This document shows, piece after piece, positions 1-8,275 of a stretch of 20,000 nucleotides of DNA (its first letter is position 1; each line of letters opens with the position of its first letter). This stretch comes from Atractiella rhizophila (taxonomy: Eukaryota), in the NCBI GenBank assembly GCA_021432655.1, contig MU271445.1, positions 44,579 through 64,578 of the forward strand. The letters run 5' to 3'. Both the position numbers and the translations under genes were made by a program. The notes below the pieces were generated by a model. The model saw only the letters and a program-made list of their open reading frames with translations, made no database searches and had not been told where the DNA came from.

Positions 1-235
1 GCAGGATTGGCGTATATTAACTAGGAGCTGAAGATACTATCAACAGTGAGTTATCAAATCTTGATAAGGATAAAGGAGTTGTGTTGGAGTGCTGTATTTG
101 GAAACTGTAAACAAGTCTCTACACCAGGCTATGTACTAAGTCACGGAAGAAAGTCCATAGGCTTTCTTCTTGGAATCTCTGTTTACAGTACACCCTTGTG
201 ATATTGTCAGACAGTCTTTTGGACTGCTTTATCGC

Positions 236-3200
236 ATAGCAGCTTCCACTTTCGTCGTTGAAAAACTCAATGATATGAACCACGCAACATGGTCCGAAGA
301 AATCTTTGCCTTCCTCCAGATGAAACGAGCAGGTAGAATCATTCTTGGAGAAGCAACTTGAAGTGGAGAGAGACAGACAGATTGAGATGAGCGAAAAGAA
401 GCAGCCATAGGATATCTATGTCTTTTGATTGAGAATAGTCAGCGACATCATATCACTGACCTCACGGATCCGAAGCTCGTTTGGGAAAAGCTAAGAAATC
501 CGTGTCAAGCCTGAATGCAATGCTCGATTTAATGCTTTTGATGATCTTCTCGATATTCGCAAGACGGCAGAGATGTCAATGGAACAACTCATTATGAAAG
601 TCAATAAACAAATCAGTCTCATTCAAAAGCTTCGTCCAACCGGTTATACCTTGGCAAAGATGGATAACGAACTTGCGATCATGACCCTCCTCTGTTCCCT
701 TCCCTTATGATTGCAGAGGTGGAAGATGCGTTTAGGCAAAGGGAAGGAGAAAAGAAGAGGTCAGAAGCAAAGTCAGAAATGGCTATGCATGTCCAACCAT
801 CCTTGAAGAAGCTGCCTACGACTATATCGAATAAACCTCCTACAAGCATCAGTTGCACATTCTGTGGATGCAACAATCATACTGAAGCAGAGTGTCATTG
901 CAGAAAGAAGGCCCAAGATACCTTCAAAAAGGAACCAGAGGAAAAGAAAGGATGGCAAAGGCAAAAGTTGCCAGTGGCTCAAAGGAGGAACCATCATCTG
1001 GTGACTCCGAGGAAGAAAATAAAGAAAAATTGAAGGTGGTGAAGGCTAGAAAGACTGCCAGAGTACGAGCATTACTTGTGAATGGAGAGAAGACAAAGGC
1101 TGATGTAAGATGGACGGTAGACACTGGAGCCACACTCCTATGATGCCTCAATGCCATTGGATTCAGAATGATTACCAGAACCATCGCATCCCGATCGAAC
1201 TTGCAGATGGAACCATCATCTACTCCGAAGGAAAAGGATCGATATATTTCTGTTCAAACAAACAACCTACAAAGCCAAAAGTTATCAGAAATGTTCTCTA
1301 CGTTCCAAAGTTAAAATCAAATCTCCTCTCAATCTTCTCCCTAAAACAATATGTAATTGTTAAGGATCTGGTTAAAGATATGCACACGGATAACAAGACA
1401 GGATTTCCTGAGATGTGTGAAAGTTGCATCAAAGGAAAACAACATTGCCATCCATTTCCCAAATTGTCTACCAGCAGAAGCTCACAAGTTCTTGAGCTTG
1501 TTCATACCAATTTGAAGGGACCTATACTGGTTAGGACTGCAAGGGGATTTCGATATTGGATGGCGTTTGTAGAAGACCATTCCCAATACCCGTGGGTACG
1601 CCTTCTCCGAAAGAAAAGCAAAGCATATCAAGCTTTTCGTGACTTCAAGGCAATGGCAGAGAAGCTGACTAGGCAGCAGCTTAAGAAAATCAGAGATGAT
1701 GTGGGGGGAGAATACTTCCTCCCTTGAATTTGACGCATTTCTCAAGGAATCCGGAATCATTCATTAGCAGACTGCTACAGCATCTCCTCAACAGAATGAT
1801 GTTGCTCAACGTATCAATTGAACTCTTGAAGAATGAATCACTTCAATGCTCTTGGAGTCTAGTCTACCACCCAGCTTTTGGGGTGAAGCACTTGCTAATC
1901 TTGTTCACATTATCCGAAGACTGCCAACACGGGCATTGATGGATACAACTACACCATATGAAGTACTCTTCAAGAGAAAGCCTTCAGTATCACACCTCTG
2001 AGTGTTTGGATGCACTGACTATGTTCTTATTCCCAAAAAGGATAGACGTCCTTTTGAGTCAAAGGCTGCAAAATACATTTTTCTGGGATATGAAGAAGGT
2101 GTAAAAGCATGGAGATTCTGGAATCCAGATAACCAGAAGGTGATAGTCAGTCGTGATGTGATCTTCGATGAGTATTCGAATCGTAGATCGATAGCTCTTG
2201 AACAAACATCTCCAACGGCAGATGTCCCTGATCTGTCTAAAGGCAAGCCTGTTGAACTTGCCCAGGACGAAGATGAAGATCAAACATCTAGATCAATTCC
2301 TACCCTCTTGCCACAAGAAGAGTTCCCCATAGCCAATACTCTAGAGCAAGATAGAGATAAACCTTAAGTTGCAGTTAGGCCTCAAAGACAGCATCAACCT
2401 ATTCACAGGCTAAGCTATGATGGTTCTACGCAACACAACGTTGAGGTGTCTATGCAAGCTGGTGATTCAGCTGCAGGAGAGAAGCTGTTGCACTGGGCTA
2501 TGAATTCTATTGTTCCATCCTCTTATATCAAAGCTGCTAAAGACCCTAAATGGGTGGGAGCTATGGACATAGAACTGGCATCTCATGAACGGACCAAATG
2601 TGGGAACTGCATCCTCGACCAAAGGAAAAGTCAGTCGTTGGTAGCAGATGGGTGTATTCTGACAAGATACTACCTGAGGGGGGGACAAAGCCTAAGGCTC
2701 ATGTCGTGGCACTAGGGTACAGTCAAATCCCTGGAATAGACTACGATAAAGTCTTTGCACCAACAGCACAATCGGCAGCCATCCGTGCCATTTTGTCCCT
2801 GGTAGCCATTGAAGATCTCGAGTGTGAGACAATGGATGCAGTCACTGCTTGCCTAAACAGTGATCTAGAAGAAGAAGTCTTTGTGGAACCTCCTCCTGGT
2901 CTAGATGTTCCCGAAGGCATGGTGTTGAAATTGAAGAAGTCACTTTATGGCCTTCATTAATCAGCACATTGCTGGAACAGAGACCTTGATAAGACACTTG
3001 TTGAGGATGGTCTATCTTGCTATCGCAACACGCCTTGAAATAGCTTGGGTTGTGGATCACCTTGGGAAAATTTCTTTTAATCCAGGGCCTACGCATTAGG
3101 AGGCAGTCAAGAGAGTTTTACATTACCTGCAGACCTCGAAACATTATTGTTTGGAATATGGCCTACAAAGTGAAGGGGACTCCCGTCCCTTTTTCTGTGG

Positions 3201-3444
3201 GTACACAGATGCAGATTATGTAGGAGACTTAGACACACAACGATCAACATTGGGTTTTGCCTTCTTCTTAGGCAAAGGACTGATCAGTTGGAGTAGCGAT
3301 TTCAGATACTGTCCCACAACAGAAATGATTGCAGACATCTTTACAAAATCATTAGAAAAAGGAAAACATGAATATCTCTGCAGTTTACTATCTTTGGTGT
3401 CAAAACCAAGCACTGCTTCATCAAGTGGGAGAACAACTTCTTAG
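236..3444 (+). mobile_element. Degenerate Ty1/copia LTR retrotransposon gag-pol (frameshifts, stops, internal deletions; non-autonomous)
   Basis: Copia domain order in fragmented ORFs: gag N-term (EKLNDMNHATWSEEI), zinc knuckle CTFCGCNNHTEAEC (CX2CX4HX4C, ~854-895), protease WTVDTGAT (~1111), integrase CESCIKGKQH / LELVHTNLKGP / IRDDVGGEY, HL*VFGC..YVLIPK and IFLGY..SRDVIFDE, RT (VGSRWVY, GYSQIPGIDY, KKSLYGL), RNase H (GYTDADYVGD, RSTLG, MIADIFTKSL). Confidence 0.95.
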
Positions 3445-3499
3445 TTTTTGATTTTTATGAGTTTTTTGATTTTGCGATTTCAGCATCACTGTTTTGTCG

Positions 3500-3625
3500 A
3501 GTAGGAGTGTTGGAGATAAGCGACAAACTGTGACAACTATGGTCACATGAGTGCCCTGCGATGCCCCGCAATGCAAGCAAGTGACAGCGACAAAGTCAGT
3601 TTAAGGAGCAACGGGTCACATGATC
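3500..3625 (+). repeat. Polypurine tract plus start of a putative 3' LTR (right boundary not defined)
   Basis: Purine-rich AGTAGGAG (3500-3507) is directly followed by TGTTGGA at 3508, the typical copia PPT/LTR junction, 63 nt after the RNase H stop. No matching ...CAACA end is found before the next gene. Confidence 0.6.
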
Positions 3626-3728
3626 AAGTTCCAAATTTCGTTGTTCTGAGCCGTGTAATTCCGTTCGTTTCTTACTCCATCCATCCATTACCCACTCATC
3701 CCAATCGTCCCTGCAGTAACAAGCAACT

Positions 3729-5113
3729 ATGGAGGATGAATCCACATTCACTCTGCGCCTGGCATTCTCCCAAGGGTCTTATTCATCTCTCCTCACATAT
3801 CCATACTCCTCCCCAACTCCAACTCAGCAACTCTACCACGCTCGTGCACTCCTTGCATTGACACCTCCCAAAATTCCTGAAGCGCTCGATCTCGTATCCG
3901 GAATTGATACACCAGATGCAAAAGCGCTCAAACTGCTTTCTAGTGCTTTGAGAGGGGAGGACGTGTCAGCGAGCGCAAAGGCGCTTCTTGAAGGCCTAGA
4001 GCCAGTTGAAGGGCGAAGAGCGGACGGTGAAAGGATGGTGAGAACGCTATGTGCGTCCGCAAGAGCTTTGGTTGGGGGTGAGGAAGGGAAAAAGGAGGCG
4101 TTAACTTGGGCACGGGAAGGCGAAAATGAGGAGGATGAAGAAGCGTGAGTATTGTCGTCGCAAAGCACTTTGATGTGGGCAAGAGGGATACGTGACTTAA
4201 AAATGTCGCCACATCGTTCGCGCACGTTCAGTGTGCAATGTAGATCTTGAACGCCTTCTTTGTCTGTGCCTAGCTCGTGGCTATATGGTCTAGGTCATTA
4301 GCTTGCACTTCGCCCAAATAAAACGACCCTTCTTTGCTCTGCGATGATGTGCTTCATTTCTTCGAGCTATTTCTCTTCCTGACTAGATTCTGACAACGAT
4401 CTTGGATCAGGGTGTCTCTGGCTGTAACTGTTCACCTCCTCCTCAATCCACCAGCAACTTCCGCCGCAGCTTCTCTCGTCTCTTCAGCGAAGTATCAAGA
4501 TTTTGCAGCAGATTCAGCCTTTTCACAAATCACGAAGGCGCGGTTGGACTTGTTTACTGGCCCAGCGGATAGTTATCAATCTGGTGCGTCGAGCTTTTGT
4601 ATTACTGTCACCCAGCGGTAAAAGCTCACGAGATATTTGTCGCAGCTTATTACGGGTTTGAAGAAGCTGGACAATCTAGCGGTAGCAAGTGTGGGAGGGC
4701 CATCGCGCAAGCCGCCCAAGGCAGATGGGTCGAAGCTGAGCAGGCGCTTACCATCGGTGATGACGTTTGTCTTCTTTTCGTTTTATTCAAGTCCAAGGGA
4801 CCTGCTGACACTTAGGCGCAGGCTACGGCAGATCAGCTTGCTAACGCAATAGCAATAGGACTCCCGAGCGGAAAGAAGTTGGAGGACGTTGAGAAGCTCT
4901 TCGAGTGAGTTTTATGCTTGATGCCTGCGATCATCCCGCTTGAATGCAAACCATCGATCCTAACGCACTCTGAGATCTCTGACTAACATGTTCCGGTCTT
5001 CTAGGAAACTCAAAACTGTGCAGCCATCGCACGCTTTGCTACAAGACTTCGAAGAAAAGAGCAAACTTTTTGATGCAGCGGCTGCAAGATATGGCTCTGC
5101 GGTTGAAGTCTAG
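3729..5113 (+). CDS. SEC28: Coatomer subunit epsilon (COPI), 5 exons: 3729-4144, 4411-4583, 4646-4764, 4816(or 4822)-4904, 5005-5113
   Basis: GT-AG splicing gives one continuous frame with epsilon-COP-like motifs: LRLAFSQGSY, LYHARALLAL, YQSAYYGFEE, GRAIAQAAQGRWVEAEQAL, DQLANAI and C-terminal PSHALLQDFEEKSKLFDAAAARY. Confidence 0.88.
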
Positions 5114-5512
5114 ATGCATTCGTCCATTCATCACATACAAAGAACAAATCCATGTGCATTCTCCAATATCTTGGTACTTTGAGGGTGCAACGTAGATCCT
5201 GGTAGATCCATCGTGGCCACAAGCGTGCATCCGATCCCTCTCCATCGATGATCCTCCCACAGTTATTATCCGGGCCCGCTATGATCTCATAAAACTCCCT
5301 GAAATTTTTGGCAAGGAACCATTTCTCGAACGCTACTACAGTAGAAACGTTAGAGGCTGGGATTAAACTATAAGGAAGGCAGTGAGCGTTTGGTCGCCTA
5401 CTCTCTGCGACAAAGCTGAGCATTTAACATCAGTCTCGTTGGGTTCCTCGCTCACGGCCATAGCGTCCATGGCTGAATCTTGAAATCAGGTCTGACACTT
5501 GCTCGCCACATT

Positions 5513-7893
5513 ATGACTTTGGCCGCCCTTACACAAGCACACACTGACGAATACTCCCGAAGAAGCCCAGAAAACCGAAGCTCAAGTAGCTCGGGCGATT
5601 CATCAAGACCTCCTCCAACCTTCTCTTCCCTCCAATCCATCCCCTCAAGCATGCATTTCAGCGATCACAAGGCCGGACTCGCCGATCCCAATCAGAACAT
5701 TGATTGGCTTAGCGATGGTGGAGATGTGGATGATTTTGACGAGCTCCCTCTCCCAGAGGTCTCCTTGCCTTTGGGACAATGGACTACGCTCGTGCGTTTC
5801 TTCTCCTCCAATCTTGTGGGAAGGGAACATTGTGAAAGGGTCATGTATTAGCCCATCGTGAACGCCTGTGCCAACTTCTCACTACCGGACCCCGAAACTA
5901 CTGCTTGGGATCCTACTTCCCTGCGGGCTCAGTATCAATCATCCCGACAAGCGACCAGGGCTTCGTCTCCTCAGTCGATCTTTAAGCCTCGCCCCAAGCA
6001 GTTGGTGGAGCTAGAGAAAGAAATATCTCTTACGGAGAACCCAAGCCTCCATTCCGAGTCAGCAATTGTGGACGATCACCACGACGAAGATGAAGACGAC
6101 TTGCTCATCCCTTTCTTCCTTGCACTCCCAAGAGACCAGAACCCCATTCTTCCGTCTGCCCCACCGACGCCGCCTCCACCAGCATACGATCCACTTGCCC
6201 TTCTCGAGTCAAGCTCGTCCTCTCTTCCTCCCGCGCCACAGGTGAAGGCTATTTCTCCACCTCAGCTGTGGCAGCAGCCTATTGGCTATCTACGACCGCC
6301 AGTCGTGCGCGCATTGCTCGAAGTACGTTGACAGCGCAATCTCACCATATGTAATCACTAAATAAGCGGATCATGCAGGACAACGAGAAGATGCGACAAA
6401 TGAAGTGCAAAACTTGTTGGTCCTTCATTGCAACTCCCGAGAGAGAGGAAGGAGAACGCGAGAGGGAGGAGAGGCACAAAAAGGAACTAGAAGAGGAGGG
6501 CTCCCGCTCCGTCAGTCGCATGTCCTTCAGTCGCTCGGCAAGTCGGAGAAGTTCCGCGGCAGGCAGCGGTTTTGGATTGCAGAGGACCATTTCGAGGAGA
6601 GGAAGCCACAGCACCCCTGCGATTCAGCAAAGCACAAGCTCCAGTGTTTCCTCTGCTTCTAACTCTGCAGGTCCTAGCTCCCCTATCCCATCATCGGCCC
6701 ACCTTCCTTCAATGGCTTTGTCTCCTCTCGCTCCCATGACGCCAGCCTCATCGAATCTCCCCACCATACCACAAAAGACGCCGTTGATCCGCCCCCAACC
6801 GGTTCCTCACCAAACGACGGCGACCTCTCAGCCGCACGGCTCAGAATATTTCAATGACATCGGAGATCCTTGCGACCCAAAGGGAATCGTCGCCATGGCT
6901 TTCGCTGACTGGATCAATGGGTTCGAAATTGTCACCTCTCCTGCCGGAGAAGAGTCTCTTGTTTACAATACTCCGGAAAGTCTGGTCGGAAGGGAGGCGA
7001 TGGATTCTCGCACAGAGCACATCGACCGCGTTGTGAGGAACTGGAAAGCGCAGGGAAAGTTCTCGGACCCTTTGAGCGGGTGGAGGGACGAGTCCTACAC
7101 AATCTATGCACCAGCTAAGAATCAGAAGGACGATGAGATGGAGGATAGTGCAGCGGTCCTCGGAGGTGGGGAAGTGGCTTTCAAGATGGAACGGGCCGCT
7201 TGCGCTTTGTTCAGTTTCGCGACTTTCGGAGTACACCTCAATGGGTGGACTGTGGACGCAAATGGGACGAAGAAACTGTGGGTTCCTAGAAGGACGAAAA
7301 CGAAGCAGACTTGGCCTGGATATCTCGACAATACCGTGGCTGGAGGGATCACCTTCGGAGAAACCCCAACCGCAGGTATGCCAGGCCTTCCTAGAGACTT
7401 ATTCATCTGAATTCTTGTTTTCTAGTGATGATACGTGAATGTGCTGAGGAGGCATCACTCCCACCTTCATTTGTTCGCAAATACATCAAGCCTGCGGGTC
7501 TCATCTCTTACATCTACCGCACGAAATCAGGCTGGATACAACCTGAACAGCAGTTTATCTACGACCTAGAATGGCCCTCTGCAACTTCAAACACTCACAA
7601 TTCCTTCAAGATTCCAACTCCAACCACCAACCCTGCAGACGGAGAAGTCGAGAGTTTCGAACTCATGGACTTAGGTACGGTTATGCAAAAAATGTTTGAC
7701 GGCGGTAAGTGTATAGATTGTTCTCAACACCCGATCGAATTCTGATGAGAACTGTGCAGAGTTCAAGCCTAATTGTGCGCTTGTCGTCGTCGACTGGCTC
7801 ATTCGAAAAGGCATCCTGTCCAGCGAGGGAGACTCGAAATACGCTCAAGTATGCCGAAAGTTGCGAGGAAGCTTAGCTCTTCCTAGCATGTAA
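5513..7893 (+). CDS. Nudix hydrolase of the YJR142W / Tnr3 N-terminal / DUF4743 family, 5 exons: 5513-5791, 5852-6322, 6379-7375, 7426-7704, 7760-7893
   Basis: The Nudix box is assembled across intron 3: GGITFGETPTAVMIRECAEEASL (GX5EX7REUXEE). Family motifs include GWRDESY, MERAACALF, GVHLNG, LWVPRR..KQTWPGYLDNTVAGG, DGEVESF and EFKPNCALVVVDWLIRKG. All introns are GT-AG and in phase. Confidence 0.9.
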
Positions 7894-7903
7894 ACAACGA
7901 TCT

Positions 7904-8251
7904 TATCTTCTGTTACTCTTCCCTCTCTGTCACCATTTGCCAAACTTTGTTACTCCGAACATCTGCTTGTTTATCATTTGTTGAAGTTGAAGTTCTCCTG
8001 TCCAACAAAACAAGATCCCTAATCAACTTGGATCACCCTCAATCAGTAAATATCAGCTATTTGAAGATAGATCCCTCTCATTCGGTTTCAGATAGAAGAC
8101 AGAAATCATCAACGTCTCTAATTGAGTTTCAGATAACCTGCTCTAAAGCCTTAATCTTGTACATGTTCTTTTCTTCTTGTAGAACAATTTTTCATTCCTT
8201 ATATTCGTCCCTGTTCGCTCCTTCTGTTAAGGTTGTGACAATCTCCTTCAT
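7904..8251 (-). pseudogene. Possible decayed or alternative-genetic-code coding relic of unknown origin
   Basis: AT-rich island. The minus frame from ATG 8251 reads protein-like (MKEIVTTLTEGANRDEYKE*KIVLQEEKNMYKIKALEQVI*NSIRDVDDF...) with 5 TGA and 1 TAG internal stops. The stop-free 105-aa plus-strand ORF 7947-8264 has antisense-shadow composition. Confidence 0.35.
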
Positions 8252-8275
8252 TCCGAATCAATAATTCTAAATACA

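Noticed and set aside
1..135. Possible 5' LTR end and primer-binding site (TCAACA at 40-45; TGTTGGAG at 82; CA-GGCTATG at ~125)
   Set aside because: Only short patchy similarity to the sequence at 3508, so no convincing LTR pair or target-site duplication can be defined.
4145..4410. TPP riboswitch, C/D snoRNA or telomerase RNA as the identity of the structured intron
   Set aside because: No UGAGA aptamer motif, no RUGAUGA/CUGA pair inside the terminal stem, and no CCCUAA template.
4811..4821. Tandem in-frame acceptors (cttag / gcgcag) in coatomer-epsilon intron 3
   Set aside because: Only a 2-aa difference, common, and not resolvable from sequence alone.
5010..5423. 137-aa minus-strand ORF
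   Set aside because: No true ATG start context or recognisable motif, and it overlaps the last coatomer exon antisense.
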